The notes below the pieces were generated by a model that saw only the letters and a list, made by a program, of their open reading frames with translations, made no database searches and had not been told where the DNA came from. Below, in pieces: positions 1 through 12,586 of a stretch of 51,397 nucleotides of DNA. The stretch spans positions 1 through 51,397 of the forward strand of contig JAOPYV010000169.1 in NCBI GenBank assembly GCA_025964435.1, written 5' to 3'. The stretch comes from Thermoleophilia bacterium (lineage in GTDB: Bacteria; Actinomycetota; Thermoleophilia; Gaiellales; SKUG01). A program made the position numbers and the translations under genes. Each line of letters opens with the position of its first letter. Position 1 is the stretch's first letter.

Positions 1-1
1 C

Positions 2-310
2 ATGCAGGCAGCCACGCTCGCCCCGACCACCTGGACCAGCGGTACGCCGCTCGGCATCGGCTACACGGTGCGCGCGGCGACGGGCACACGGCTCGCGAAG
101 TGGGGGCCTGCGGGCGCATATGCCGAGAGCAACGTCGTCGACAACCTCTATACCGGGTTCGGCACCGTCGACGTGCTGCTGCACCAGCGCTCCGGCTACT
201 CCGCCGCAACGGATACGATCACGCTCACGACGCGTGCCAGCATCCCGGCGGCAACTCCTCCGGGCACCTACTCGACCACGGTGCTGCTGACGGCGCTTGC
301 CAACCCATAG
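2..310 (+). CDS. C-terminal fragment of a probable surface protein, WxL-like terminal domain (5'-truncated by the window edge)
   Basis: Shares RLAKWG, NxYxG, LLHQxxG and TPxGxYSxxVxxTxxxxP-stop motifs with the C-terminus of 40151..42370. Confidence 0.7.
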   Translation: MQAATLAPTTWTSGTPLGIGYTVRAATGTRLAKWGPAGAYAESNVVDNLYTGFGTVDVLLHQRSGYSAATDTITLTTRASIPAATPPGTYSTTVLLTALANP

Positions 311-324
311 CGAGGTAGACAGCG

Positions 325-1104
325 ATGAGCGACTACGCCGAACGCAACCAGCGGCAGTGGGACACGTGGGCTCCCGACTACGTCGATTCGGCACGGAAGA
401 GCTGGGCGTCCGAGCCGACGTGGGGCATCTGGAGCATTCCGGAGACCGATGTCGACGTGCTCGGCGGGATCGAGCGATTCGCGGGACGCGACGTCATCGA
501 GCTGGGCTGCGGCGCGGGCTACGTCTCGGCGTGGCTCGCACGGGCTGGGGCGACGGTGACCGGCATCGACCTGAGCGAGCAGCAGCTGGCGACGGCGCGT
601 GCGTTCCAGGCCGAGCACGGGCTCGACCAGATCACCTTCCTGCACGGTAGCGCCGAGGCGGTGCCGCTGCCGGATGCCTCCTTCGACCTGGCGATCTCCG
701 AGTACGGGGCATGCCTGTGGTGTGACCCGCACGCGTGGCTGCCCGAGGCAGCGCGCCTGCTGCGCGTCGGGGGCGAGCTGATCTTCCTGACCAATGGCAT
801 CCTCGGCGTGCTCTGCATGGATGAGCCCGGCTACCACACGACGGCGGGACTGCATCGACCACTGTTCGGCCTGCATCGCCTCGAGTGGCCGGACGACGCG
901 ACCGACGACTCAGTCGAGTTCCATCTCCCCCACGGCGAGTGGATCCGCGTGCTCGGCGAGCATGGCTTCCAGGTCGAACGACTGCTCGAGCTGCAGGCCC
1001 CCGAAGATGCTGCGAGTCGCTACGACTACGCAGATCCCGAGTGGGCACGAAAGTGGCCGAGCGAAGAAGTCTGGGTCGCGCGCAAGGTGCGTCCCCCCGA
1101 GTAA
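325..1104 (+). CDS. Class I SAM-dependent methyltransferase
   Basis: VIELGCGAG motif I, GIDLS, SFDLAISEYGA; GAGG RBS upstream. Confidence 0.9.
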   Translation: MSDYAERNQRQWDTWAPDYVDSARKSWASEPTWGIWSIPETDVDVLGGIERFAGRDVIELGCGAGYVSAWLARAGATVTGIDLSEQQLATARAFQAEHGLDQITFLHGSAEAVPLPDASFDLAISEYGACLWCDPHAWLPEAARLLRVGGELIFLTNGILGVLCMDEPGYHTTAGLHRPLFGLHRLEWPDDATDDSVEFHLPHGEWIRVLGEHGFQVERLLELQAPEDAASRYDYADPEWARKWPSEEVWVARKVRPPE

Positions 1105-1115
1105 GGGAGCGCATC

Positions 1116-1604
1116 ATGTTGCAGGTCTGTCTCTGGTTCGATCGCGCGGCCGAGGAAGCCGCCGCGTTCTACACGTCGGTGCTGCGCGACGGCTCGATCG
1201 GGCGCACCGTGCGCTACCTCGATCCCGACCCGACGCCGAGCAATCGCCCGGGCGAGGTGATGACCGTCGAGTGGCAGGCCGAGGGCATGCGCTTCCTCGG
1301 TCTCAACGGCGGTCCGAACTTCACCTTCAACGAGGCGATCTCGCTGATCGTCACGCGCGATACCCAGGAGGAGCTGGATGAGGTCTGGGAGGCGCTGACC
1401 GACGGTGGCTCCGAAGGGCCGTGCGGCTGGTGCACCGATCGCTTCGGCGTCTCCTGGCAGGTCGTCCCTCGCGGCTGGGATGACATCGCCGCGAGCGATG
1501 ACACCGAGGGCGTGCGGCGTGCCATGGAGGCGATGCTCCAGATGAAGAAGCTGGACATCGCCGAGCTGCGCCGGGCCTTCGAGGGCGCGCACGCGGCGCA
1601 CTAG
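1116..1604 (+). CDS. VOC/PhnB-family (3-dmu-9 methyltransferase-like) protein
   Basis: CLWFD..AEEAA.FY, LNGGPNFTFNEAIS, CGW..DRFGVSWQV; ATG at 1116 after GGGAG. Confidence 0.9.
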   Translation: MLQVCLWFDRAAEEAAAFYTSVLRDGSIGRTVRYLDPDPTPSNRPGEVMTVEWQAEGMRFLGLNGGPNFTFNEAISLIVTRDTQEELDEVWEALTDGGSEGPCGWCTDRFGVSWQVVPRGWDDIAASDDTEGVRRAMEAMLQMKKLDIAELRRAFEGAHAAH

Positions 1605-1693
1605 GGGGCGGCGGTGCCCGATCCGTTCCACCAGGTGTGGCGGGTCACTCGCGCATACGTAGACTCAGCCGCCACACCTCGGGAGCCGTGGGG

Positions 1694-4003
<2,310 letters not shown>

Positions 4004-4025
4004 GATACCGGCTCCAGCACCGCTC

Positions 4026-5264
4026 CTACGCCGTGACGCTCGTGACGCCGGCGACGGCGGCCTTGAGCTCGTCGACGCGATTCAGGTGCTCCCATGGCAC
4101 GTCGATGTCGGTGCGACCGAAGTGCCCGTAGGCGGCGGTCTGGCGATAGATCGGTCGACGGAGGTCGAGCTGCTCGATGATCGCACCCGGGCGCAGGTCG
4201 AAGACCGTGCGGATGGCTGCCTCGATGCTGTCGACGGGGACCGTCTCGGTGCCGAAGGTGTTCACGTGCAGGCTGACCGGGTTGGCCACGCCGATCGCGT
4301 AGGCGACCTGCAGCTCGACGCGACGCGCGAGACCCGCAGCGACGACGTTCTTGGCGACCCAGCGCGCTGCGTAGGCAGCGGAGCGATCGACCTTGGTCGC
4401 GTCTTTGCCACTGAACGCGCCGCCGCCGTGGCGAGCCGAGCCGCCATAGGTGTCGACGATGATCTTGCGGCCGGTCAGGCCAGCGTCCGCATGCGGTCCG
4501 CCGAGCACGAAGGCGCCGGTCGGATTCACGTAGAGCGTGATGTCGTCATGCCACCAGGTGCCGAGCACCGGCTTGATGACGTGCTCGACGACGTCAGCGC
4601 GGATGCGGCCCTCGCTCGTCAGGAGCTCGCCGTCGTGCGTGCGCGCATGCTGCGTCGAGACGACGACGGCATCGACGGCGATGGGGCGGTCGTCGGCGTC
4701 ATAGCGGACCGTGACCTGCGCCTTGCCGTCGGGGCGCAGGTACGGGATGTCGCCGCTGCGCCGCACCTCCGCGAGGCGGCGCGTCAGGCCGTGTGCCAGC
4801 GTGATCGGCAGCGGCATGAGCGAGTCGGTCTCGTCCGTCGCGTAGCCGAACATCATGCCCTGGTCGCCTGCGCCGACCTGGTCGTAGCCGTCGCCCGCCA
4901 GGTGGTCGCCCTCACGCAGCTCCCAGCCCTCATCCACGCCCTGCGCGATGTCGCGGCTCTGCTCATCGAGCGCGACGAGCACGCCCGCGGTGCGGCCGTC
5001 GAAACCGAACTTGGAGTTGTCGTAGCCGATCTGCACGATCGTGTCGCGCACGAGCTGCTGCACGTCGACGAAGGAGTTGGTCGAGACCTCGCCGCCAACG
5101 ACGACGAGTCCGGTCGTGACGAACGTCTCACAGGCGACGCGCGCGAGCGGGTCTGCGGCCATGATCGCGTCGAGCACCGCGTCGCTGATCTGGTCAGCCA
5201 TCTTGTCGGGGTGACCCTCGGTCACCGACTCCGATGTGAAGAGATATTCGCTGGCTCCGGCCAC
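4026..5264 (-). CDS. metK: S-adenosylmethionine synthetase
   Basis: [28 protein letters not shown]; GTG at 5264 with GGAG RBS. Confidence 0.98.
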   Translation of the reverse strand: MAGASEYLFTSESVTEGHPDKMADQISDAVLDAIMAADPLARVACETFVTTGLVVVGGEVSTNSFVDVQQLVRDTIVQIGYDNSKFGFDGRTAGVLVALDEQSRDIAQGVDEGWELREGDHLAGDGYDQVGAGDQGMMFGYATDETDSLMPLPITLAHGLTRRLAEVRRSGDIPYLRPDGKAQVTVRYDADDRPIAVDAVVVSTQHARTHDGELLTSEGRIRADVVEHVIKPVLGTWWHDDITLYVNPTGAFVLGGPHADAGLTGRKIIVDTYGGSARHGGGAFSGKDATKVDRSAAYAARWVAKNVVAAGLARRVELQVAYAIGVANPVSLHVNTFGTETVPVDSIEAAIRTVFDLRPGAIIEQLDLRRPIYRQTAAYGHFGRTDIDVPWEHLNRVDELKAAVAGVTSVTA

Positions 5265-5359
5265 GTTCGCTCCGTCCTGGTTCGCAACTGCCACCGACGG
5301 CCCGTTGCGTGCACAACATCCTACAAGGATTCGATTTCGTCCGGGTCGCTGTTCGCGGT

Positions 5360-6859
5360 TCAGTCGACGAGGCGTGCCGTGGCAGCCAGCTGGCCCAGCG
5401 GCACGTCGAATGCATAGGTCAGCCGTTCGGTGCGGTCCCACGTGATCCAACCGACGATCGCATCACTCGTGCTGGCCGATGGATTCGCCCAGATCCATGC
5501 GACCGGCGGCCGTGGTGGTGCGCCAGCCCGGGCGAACGTCGGTGCAAGGTCGACGCCGTCCTGCAGCGTCGGGTGCGGCGCAGCCGCCCCGCCCGCGGCG
5601 AAGCTCCACGTCAGCTCGATCCCCGTCGCACCACTCGATGCAACGGCAAGCCGACGGACGCCAGCGATGCGGATCGCGGCCTCGGTGTCCTCGAGCAACG
5701 CGTCACGCCCGTCGCCCGCTGCGGCGTGCAGCTCGATGCGGTCCCGGTAGAGCCCGAGCGCCGCATCGCCGTCGTAGCGATCGACCACGTCGAAGAGGTC
5801 GACGCCGCCGCTGTCCTTCGGATCCTCTTCGGTCGCGAACGTCGCGCCGTTGCCGGGTCCGGCACGCAGCAGGTCCTCGGCGTACAGGCCCGGGTCATGC
5901 AGGGCCACGGCGAGTCGCGCATCGGCGCCGACGCTCCCGAGCGTCGCCAAGGGAACAGGAGCCGGCTCGCCCTGGGTCGAAAGGTCCTTGACCCAGTCGG
6001 TCGCCCCGACCAGGCGTACGGCCGTGCGCGTCCGATCGACCGGCGGTGCCAGTCCGATCCAACCGTCGCGCCATGCGCGGATGCTGCCCATCGAGGTCGC
6101 CCAGCGCGTCAGCTCGAGCGCGCCGCGGTCGTCGGCGATCAGGCGGCGCAGCTGGTCACGCACCATGTCGCTGCGGTAGACGACCGCGAGCGGTGTCCGC
6201 CCCATCGCCTCGACGGTATAGGTGTTCGTGGCCTTGCGCTTGATCGCGGGATAGCGCTCGCGCTGGCGAAGGATCGCGCGCAGCGACGCCGCGTCGTTCG
6301 CGCCGACCATCGCGGTGTCGGCCACGCCGATCACGTCGAAGCGCGCGCCGTCACGGTCACCGTCGCCGCGCCACAGCTCCAAGTCGTCGGCCACACCGTC
6401 GCCGAGGTCCGCATCGTCGCGAGTCCATCCAGCATCTCGCAGGACCGCTTCGAGCCTGCCGCGATCGTCGACATCAGCGAAGCCGAGCAGGGCGTCCTTC
6501 TCGTCCGGACGGCTCGAGAGCAGTGCCGTCCCGGCAGTCGCGCCGACCCAGGGCGCGACGCCATCGGCGTAGTCGTAGCCGGTCCCGAAGAACGGCTCCC
6601 ACTGCTGGTCATGCGCGGAGGTCGACAGGTCGATCCGGGTCGCGGACTCGAGCGGACCCCAACGCTTCGCGTCAGGGTCCGTGTCGATGATCGTCCAGCC
6701 GAGCGCATCGCCCGGCAGGTATTCGACCGCCTCGGGCAGCCCTTCGGGCGGCCCCTGCAGTCGACCGGCCCCTGGGATGGAGCAGCCGGTCGCGACCAGG
6801 ACGGTCGCGACCAGCAGTACTCCCAGGTGTCGTCGTGCTGCGATGGCGGTTACTCTCAG
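5360..6859 (-). CDS. Lipoprotein, DUF3352-like, paralogue of the upstream gene; start uncertain (possibly CTG)
   Basis: RRH + hydrophobic stretch + lipobox VATG-C; [14 protein letters not shown] resembles MVPATALGYATVDIDF..W of the neighbour. Confidence 0.7.
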   Translation of the reverse strand: MRVTAIAARRHLGVLLVATVLVATGCSIPGAGRLQGPPEGLPEAVEYLPGDALGWTIIDTDPDAKRWGPLESATRIDLSTSAHDQQWEPFFGTGYDYADGVAPWVGATAGTALLSSRPDEKDALLGFADVDDRGRLEAVLRDAGWTRDDADLGDGVADDLELWRGDGDRDGARFDVIGVADTAMVGANDAASLRAILRQRERYPAIKRKATNTYTVEAMGRTPLAVVYRSDMVRDQLRRLIADDRGALELTRWATSMGSIRAWRDGWIGLAPPVDRTRTAVRLVGATDWVKDLSTQGEPAPVPLATLGSVGADARLAVALHDPGLYAEDLLRAGPGNGATFATEEDPKDSGGVDLFDVVDRYDGDAALGLYRDRIELHAAAGDGRDALLEDTEAAIRIAGVRRLAVASSGATGIELTWSFAAGGAAAPHPTLQDGVDLAPTFARAGAPPRPPVAWIWANPSASTSDAIVGWITWDRTERLTYAFDVPLGQLAATARLVD

Positions 6860-8433
6860 GCTTCGTCGACGTGCATGAAGACGTCGAAGCTGACGGCATC
6901 GCCGTCGGCGTCGAGCCAGCCGACCCAACCGCCGGCTTCCATCTTGTTGGAGCCCTTGACGTCGAGCAGGCCCGACACGCGGGACCAGTCGAGCCAGAAG
7001 GAGGCAGCGACATCGTCGGGCGCGTCGGCGGCTGCCCACGCGTCCTTGAAGGTGTCACTGTCGGCGAGCGTCGTGTCGCCCCAGTTCGTGAACACGTCCT
7101 GTCCGATCGAGATCGCGGCGACCTCGTCCGAGCTGGCAGCGGTGATCGGCAGGCCGGAGACCGTGAAGGTCTTCGTCTCGAAGTCGCCCGACGTGCCGGT
7201 GACAGGAGCGGAGCCGGTCAGGCCACCAACGGCGGCGGCGACCTTGTCGAGCGTCTCCACCGTCGTGTCCTCGTTCTCGAAGGCGAGCGTGACGTTGCCG
7301 GACTTCGTCAGTGCGGCAGGATTGATGCCGCCCAGGCCGCCGCCCATGGCTGCGCCAGCGACGCCGCCGGCAAGCGCACCGAGCGCTGCATCGTCGGCGC
7401 TGACCGCGAGGGCGAACTCACCCTTGAGCGCTTCGGCGAGGTCATCGATGTCGACGCCGAGCACGCCAGCCAGGCCACCCACGACCTGCTGCACCTGCGC
7501 GTTGTCCTTGCCAGCCGAGTCGACGGCGCTCTTGATGCCGCCGCCGAGGTCCTGCGCGCCGATGGCGAGCAGCGTGTTCTCGGGGAGCGAGCGGAACAGC
7601 TCGTTGCCACTGTTCTTGCCGTCCTTGCTGAGACCCTGGACGTAGCCGTGGACGCTCAGGCCCTTGTCCTTCGCGGCGAAGGTCACCGACATGCCGGTGA
7701 AGTCCTTGAGGTCGACGGCCTTGGCGATGGTCGCGTACTGCTCGTTGTCCTTGAGCGCGTCGCGGACGCCAGCACCGTTGACGACGAGCGTGGCGAGCGA
7801 ATCGCCCTCGGCCTCGTCGACGACGTTGTCCAGGCCGTCGACTCCGGTGATCGAGTCACCATCGAACGTGGCGGTGGCGTCGAGGGTCTTGCGCTCGGTG
7901 GCGAGGATGAGCAGGTCATCCTTCACGCCGAAGAACGCGTCGTCCTCGTCGACCCACACGTCGAAGTCGCCGACCTTGCCGTCTGCCTTGTAGTCCTCGC
8001 GCTTGGCGAACTTCTCGAACTCTGCCTTGTCCTTGACGTCGACCCAGACGAAGCCCTTGGCGGACTTGCCGTCCGCGGAGACGGTCGTCACGGCGCCACC
8101 GGCGCTGTCACCGGCCCAGGGCTCGAAGTCTTCCTTCCAGCTTAGGTCGCTGTCGTCGTCATCGCCCGTCGACTCGTCGGCGAGCACGTCCTGGATGCCC
8201 TTGAAGTCGGCGTCGAAGGCGGTCGCGAGCTTGTCGAACTGCTTCCAGCCCTCGCCGTCGAAGTCGATGTCCACCGTGGCGTAGCCAAGTGCGGTTGCCG
8301 GGACCATGTCCAGCGCCTGCGAATCCTTGGCGGCCGAGGCTGCGTCGGAATCGGAGCCACCACAGCCGATGGCGATGAGTGCGGAGCTGGCAATGACTGC
8401 GGCGGCGATGCCACTGCGACGGAATGCGTGCAC
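6856..8433 (-). CDS. Lipoprotein, DUF3352-like
   Basis: Lipobox IAIG-C after a RR + hydrophobic segment; WKEDFEPWAGD motif; strongly GC3-biased codons; GTG at 8433 after AAGGGG. Confidence 0.8.
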   Translation of the reverse strand: MHAFRRSGIAAAVIASSALIAIGCGGSDSDAASAAKDSQALDMVPATALGYATVDIDFDGEGWKQFDKLATAFDADFKGIQDVLADESTGDDDDSDLSWKEDFEPWAGDSAGGAVTTVSADGKSAKGFVWVDVKDKAEFEKFAKREDYKADGKVGDFDVWVDEDDAFFGVKDDLLILATERKTLDATATFDGDSITGVDGLDNVVDEAEGDSLATLVVNGAGVRDALKDNEQYATIAKAVDLKDFTGMSVTFAAKDKGLSVHGYVQGLSKDGKNSGNELFRSLPENTLLAIGAQDLGGGIKSAVDSAGKDNAQVQQVVGGLAGVLGVDIDDLAEALKGEFALAVSADDAALGALAGGVAGAAMGGGLGGINPAALTKSGNVTLAFENEDTTVETLDKVAAAVGGLTGSAPVTGTSGDFETKTFTVSGLPITAASSDEVAAISIGQDVFTNWGDTTLADSDTFKDAWAAADAPDDVAASFWLDWSRVSGLLDVKGSNKMEAGGWVGWLDADGDAVSFDVFMHVDEA

Positions 8434-8533
8434 GAGTTGTTTCCCCTTGGAAAGCGTTAGGACCGGAGCGACCCTAGCAGCGTCCCGCACCTCGGGAAAG
8501 ACAAAGGGGCAGGAAGCTTGCGTCGTACCAGCG

Positions 8534-9562
8534 TCAGCCGAATTCGTGCTCGCCGGCGAACTCGAATCCGGGCGGACGGCTCATCATCGTACGGACCACG
8601 TCGGCGAGCGGGACCTCGTGCTCCACGACCTGCGCCACGGCCTCGCAGATGTGCATCTCGATGCCGGCCGCATGTGCCATGTCGCGCACGATGGGTGCCG
8701 TGCGCATGCCCTCGACGACCTGGCCGATCTGCGCCTTCACGTCGGGGACGGCGACGCCCTCGGCGAGCAGTCGGCCGGCTCGATGGTTCCGCGAGTGCGG
8801 GCTGCGGCAGGTCACCATCAGGTCGCCCACGCCCGCAAGGCCGAGGTAGGTCTGCAGCGATGCGCCGCTGGCGAGCCCGAGCCGCGCCATCTCCCCAAGG
8901 CCGCGCGTCATCATCGCGGCGATCGCGTTGTCGCCCAGCCCCGAGCCCTCGAGCACGCCCGCCGCGATGGCGATCACGTTCTTGGAGGCACCGGCGAGCT
9001 CGACGCCGATGATGTCGGTCGCGGCATAGACGCGGAAGTTGCGCGTGTTGACGACGTGCTGGATCGCCAGCACCGTGTCGCGGTTCGTGCCCGCGACGAC
9101 GGCGGCAGTCGGCAGGTCGGCCATCATCTCCTTGGCGATGTTCGGACCCGAGAGCGTGACGTAGCGATCCGGCGAGATGAACTCGGCGGCGACCTGGCTC
9201 AGGCGGCGGCCCGATGGATCGAGCCCCTTGCCGAGCGAGAGGAAGACCGGTGCCTTGTCCGCGAAGCGCTCGACCGTCGCCGCGAAGGCGCTCGTCGGGA
9301 CGGCGAGCACGATGCCGTCCCACTGCTGCCCTGCCGCGTCGTCGACCGTGGTGAAGTGCGTGTCGTGCGGGAACTCGATGCTCGGGAAGTAGCGCTCGTT
9401 CGTGTTGGTCTCGCGCATCGCCTCGACCTGTTCGGCCGAGCGTGCGGCGAGGGTCAGCTCGACGGGGCGGGGGCCCAGGATGCGCGCCATCGCCGTTCCG
9501 AAGGAGCCGGCACCGATCACGAGCCAGCGTGGGTCGGCCGTGCGCTGTTGCGATGAACTCAT
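8534..9562 (-). CDS. gpsA: NAD(P)H-dependent glycerol-3-phosphate dehydrogenase
   Basis: IGAGSFGTA, LSGPNIAKE, GVELAGASKNVIAIA, GLAGVGDLMVTC.S.HSRN. Confidence 0.97.
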   Translation of the reverse strand: MSSSQQRTADPRWLVIGAGSFGTAMARILGPRPVELTLAARSAEQVEAMRETNTNERYFPSIEFPHDTHFTTVDDAAGQQWDGIVLAVPTSAFAATVERFADKAPVFLSLGKGLDPSGRRLSQVAAEFISPDRYVTLSGPNIAKEMMADLPTAAVVAGTNRDTVLAIQHVVNTRNFRVYAATDIIGVELAGASKNVIAIAAGVLEGSGLGDNAIAAMMTRGLGEMARLGLASGASLQTYLGLAGVGDLMVTCRSPHSRNHRAGRLLAEGVAVPDVKAQIGQVVEGMRTAPIVRDMAHAAGIEMHICEAVAQVVEHEVPLADVVRTMMSRPPGFEFAGEHEFG

Positions 9563-9595
9563 TTCGCGAGTATATGAACTGGTCGCGTCGGAGGA

Positions 9596-10453
9596 TCAGG
9601 CCGCGTTGTGGGCACGGATCATCGCGATGAAGTCGGCGTTGCGCTCGACCGCGCGGATCCCGGCTCGGGTGCCGATGAATGCGCCTGCGACGGTGTCGCT
9701 CGGGAAGTGTGCGCCGGCGACCGCGCGCGAGTGCGCCATCGTGTTCGCGACCTGCAGGTAGTGGGCGGCACCCGCCGGATTCAGTGCACCGAGGACATGC
9801 GCCACGGCGAACGCATTGGAGGTGTGGCCCGAGGGGAAGGACCCGCCGTCGGCCGGCTTGTAGGCAGCTGGCTGGAGCTCGCTCGACGCCTGGTACGGAC
9901 GGAGCCGCTCCCACTTCTGCTTGGCGATGCCGACCGTGGCGTGCCCGGTGTCGAACGCCTCGTCGAGCAGCGTCTGGGCGCGCGCCGCATCGGCCACCGA
10001 CAATCCCTTGGTCACCTGGGCGGCCTGCGCGTCGAACCAGTCCATGGCTGGACCATTCGCGTAGTAGCCGGCGATGCGTTCATCCAGGTCGGTGCGCTTC
10101 TGCTGGAGCCCGACCATCAGCTGGACCTCGTCCAGCTCGTCCGCCGCGCTGGGCGGGCCGTCCAGGTAGCTGAGCACGTGGCGGTCGAAGGCGGCCTGTG
10201 GATCCGCGGCGCGAACGCCGCCAGCGGAGCGGTGCGCCGCGGCCAGCGCGGCATCGAGGCTCGGCTGCAGGCCGGGCACCTGCAGCAGCTTCGCAGTCGG
10301 GAGGGTCGTGAAGCCCTGCGTGTACTCGGCGTAGTCGAGGCGCCGAGCTGCCTGGTTGGCCGACCGCGCTTCGCGCGGGAAGGTGTGCGTGACCGCGGCC
10401 TTGACCCCGGCACCGTGACCTACGAGTTGACGAATCGGACTTGCGATTGCCAT
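9596..10453 (-). CDS. PAP2-superfamily (class A-like acid) phosphatase with N-terminal extension
   Basis: K-x6-RP (KQKWERLRP), SFPSGH, SRAVAGAHFPSD; ATG at 10453 after GGGGGA. Confidence 0.88.
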   Translation of the reverse strand: MAIASPIRQLVGHGAGVKAAVTHTFPREARSANQAARRLDYAEYTQGFTTLPTAKLLQVPGLQPSLDAALAAAHRSAGGVRAADPQAAFDRHVLSYLDGPPSAADELDEVQLMVGLQQKRTDLDERIAGYYANGPAMDWFDAQAAQVTKGLSVADAARAQTLLDEAFDTGHATVGIAKQKWERLRPYQASSELQPAAYKPADGGSFPSGHTSNAFAVAHVLGALNPAGAAHYLQVANTMAHSRAVAGAHFPSDTVAGAFIGTRAGIRAVERNADFIAMIRAHNAA

Positions 10454-10521
10454 GACGTTCCCCCTGCCGAAGTATCGGCGAGGAGCTGGCGGGCGTTGCA
10501 CTGCCCGCCGGAGTCGTCGAG

Positions 10522-11973
10522 CTAGGCGCGGCTGCGGTACTCGATGATGAGCGGGCAGCCCTCGAAGCCGAACTTCGCCCGGATCTGGTTCTCGAGGAAG
10601 AAGCCGTACGGCCGCGTCATGAGCTCCTTCGCGTTGACGTACACGCGGAACTTCGGCGGCCCGGTCTGCACCTGGGTGCCGTACAGGATGTTCAGGCGGC
10701 GACGCGAGCGCTTGTCGAGCGGACCCGGGTTGCGCTCCTTGAGCTCGCGCAGGAGGCGGTTGAACTCGCCCGTCGAGACCTTCTTCGCGGCCTTGTCGTG
10801 CAGCTCGATCGCCTTGCGCAGCAGCTTCTGGACGTTGCGGTTCTCGGTGCTGGAGGTCGTCACGACCTCGGGGCGCTGACGCAGCTTCTGGGCGATCGTC
10901 TCGGTGACGTCGAACAGGTCGACCTCGTTGATGTCCCACTTGCTGAGGCCGACGATGACGCAGCAGTCGCGCTCACGCATCGCGTCGGCGACGGCGAGGT
11001 CGTTCTCGCGGACGCCCATCGAGGCGTCGACGAGCAGGATGGCGACATCGGCGCGGTCGGCGGCCTGGAGCGCGCGCACCTCGCTGTAGTAGTCGAGCGG
11101 ATCCTGGCCCGAGCGGCGACGGCGCAGGCCGGCCGTGTCGACGAGGATGATCTCGCGGTCCTCGAAGTCGAAGCGCGTGTCGACGCTGTCGCGGGTCGTG
11201 CCCGGCATGTCGGCGACGATGTGGCGGCCGTGGCCGAGGATGGCATTCGCGAGCGTCGACTTGCCGACGTTCGGGCGGCCGACGATGGCGATGCGGATCG
11301 CCTTGTCGTCATCGCGGTTGAACGGGGTGCCGACCTCTTCCAGCTCCTCGACGACGATGTCGAGCAGGTCGCCGGTGTTGTTGCCGTGGTGCGCGCTGAC
11401 CGGGATCGGCATGCCGAGACCGAGCTCGAAGAACTCGGCGGCCTCGTTCTCGTTGTTGGGGTTGTCGACCTTGTTGGCGACGAGGCGGACGCGCGCTCGG
11501 GTGGAGCGCAGCAGGTCCGTCAGCTCATGGTCCGCGGCGCTGACGCCCATCTGGCCGTCGACGACGAGCAGCACGAGGTCACACTCGGAGATCGCCGACT
11601 TGACCTGGCTGCGGATCTCCTTCGACATGCTCGAGCGGTCGCCGTGGTCGACGCCGCCGGTGTCGACGAGGATGAACTGGTGGCCGTTCCACTCACACTC
11701 GATCTCCTTACGATCGCGCGTGACGCCAGCGGTCTCGTGGGTGATCGCGATGCGGGTGCCGGAGAGTCGGTTGACGAGCGTCGACTTGCCGACGTTCGGG
11801 TAGCCGATGACGGCGACGCGACCGATGAACGGTCGCCTCGCTTCGAGCTGCTGGTCCTCGACCTCCGCAAGCTCCGCCGCAATCCATTCGGCATCGTCCT
11901 CGTCGAGGTACGCAAGGTCTGCGCCCGAGGGGAGGATGTCCAGGTCTTCTTCGATGTCGTGATCAATATCCAT
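10522..11973 (-). CDS. der: Ribosome biogenesis GTPase Der (EngA) with acidic N-terminal extension
   Basis: Two GTPase domains (GYPNVGKS/DTGG/NKVD and GRPNVGKS/DTAG/SKWD) plus KH-like C-terminus; start approximate. Confidence 0.96.
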   Translation of the reverse strand: MDIDHDIEEDLDILPSGADLAYLDEDDAEWIAAELAEVEDQQLEARRPFIGRVAVIGYPNVGKSTLVNRLSGTRIAITHETAGVTRDRKEIECEWNGHQFILVDTGGVDHGDRSSMSKEIRSQVKSAISECDLVLLVVDGQMGVSAADHELTDLLRSTRARVRLVANKVDNPNNENEAAEFFELGLGMPIPVSAHHGNNTGDLLDIVVEELEEVGTPFNRDDDKAIRIAIVGRPNVGKSTLANAILGHGRHIVADMPGTTRDSVDTRFDFEDREIILVDTAGLRRRRSGQDPLDYYSEVRALQAADRADVAILLVDASMGVRENDLAVADAMRERDCCVIVGLSKWDINEVDLFDVTETIAQKLRQRPEVVTTSSTENRNVQKLLRKAIELHDKAAKKVSTGEFNRLLRELKERNPGPLDKRSRRRLNILYGTQVQTGPPKFRVYVNAKELMTRPYGFFLENQIRAKFGFEGCPLIIEYRSRA

Positions 11974-12024
11974 GGGCCGACCAGCCATCATCGCAGGTTG
12001 CGCAAGCTCAGGTGGCACTCTGAG

Positions 12025-12456
12025 TCAGTTCCATGCAAGTCGGCCCGTCGCGGAGAGCAGGAGCTCGATCGCGGAATTGAGCGTTCTGACCTGCTGATCG
12101 CTGATCCGAGCGCGGGAAACGGGAAGCGTCCCGAAGCGCAGGTGCGTGGCCTCGGCGTACTCGAGCAGCTGCGAAACGCCGTCGCGGGCGCGGTCCATGG
12201 CGCCGGCTGCCCGCTGCTTGGTCGGGAAGGGGGTTTCGGATGAGAGCACCGACCGGAGCGTGTTGACGCCGGACTCGACGCGGCCGATCGCCTGGGTCGC
12301 CTGCGCGGCGCTGGGTGCGTAGAGCGCGCTCCCGTTGAGCACACCGATCGCGCCGGCGAACTGGCTCGAGGCTGCGGCGAAGAGCGCGCGCGGCGACATC
12401 GCATCGGTGGGCGACACCGTGATGGTTCGGTTCGGGTGGATCGGTGACAGGTGCAC
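12025..12456 (-). CDS. Hypothetical Ala-rich helical protein
   Basis: Fills the cmk-der gap; GTG at 12456 with GGAG RBS; amphipathic helical pattern. Confidence 0.6.
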   Translation of the reverse strand: MHLSPIHPNRTITVSPTDAMSPRALFAAASSQFAGAIGVLNGSALYAPSAAQATQAIGRVESGVNTLRSVLSSETPFPTKQRAAGAMDRARDGVSQLLEYAEATHLRFGTLPVSRARISDQQVRTLNSAIELLLSATGRLAWN

Positions 12457-12586
12457 GACAAGCTCTCCGCAGGTGGGCGAGCTCCTATCGTCCTGCATCG
12501 ACCGGACCTTCCGCGCCGTGCGCGATGACCCCAGCCGGATCCGGCCCACGCAGTGGCCGGGCGCGGACAGGGTCGGGCAGTCGTCG

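Noticed and set aside
5265-5360. SAM riboswitch upstream of metK
   Set aside because: Short gap with a TAGGAT box; no recognisable SAM-I/IV core.
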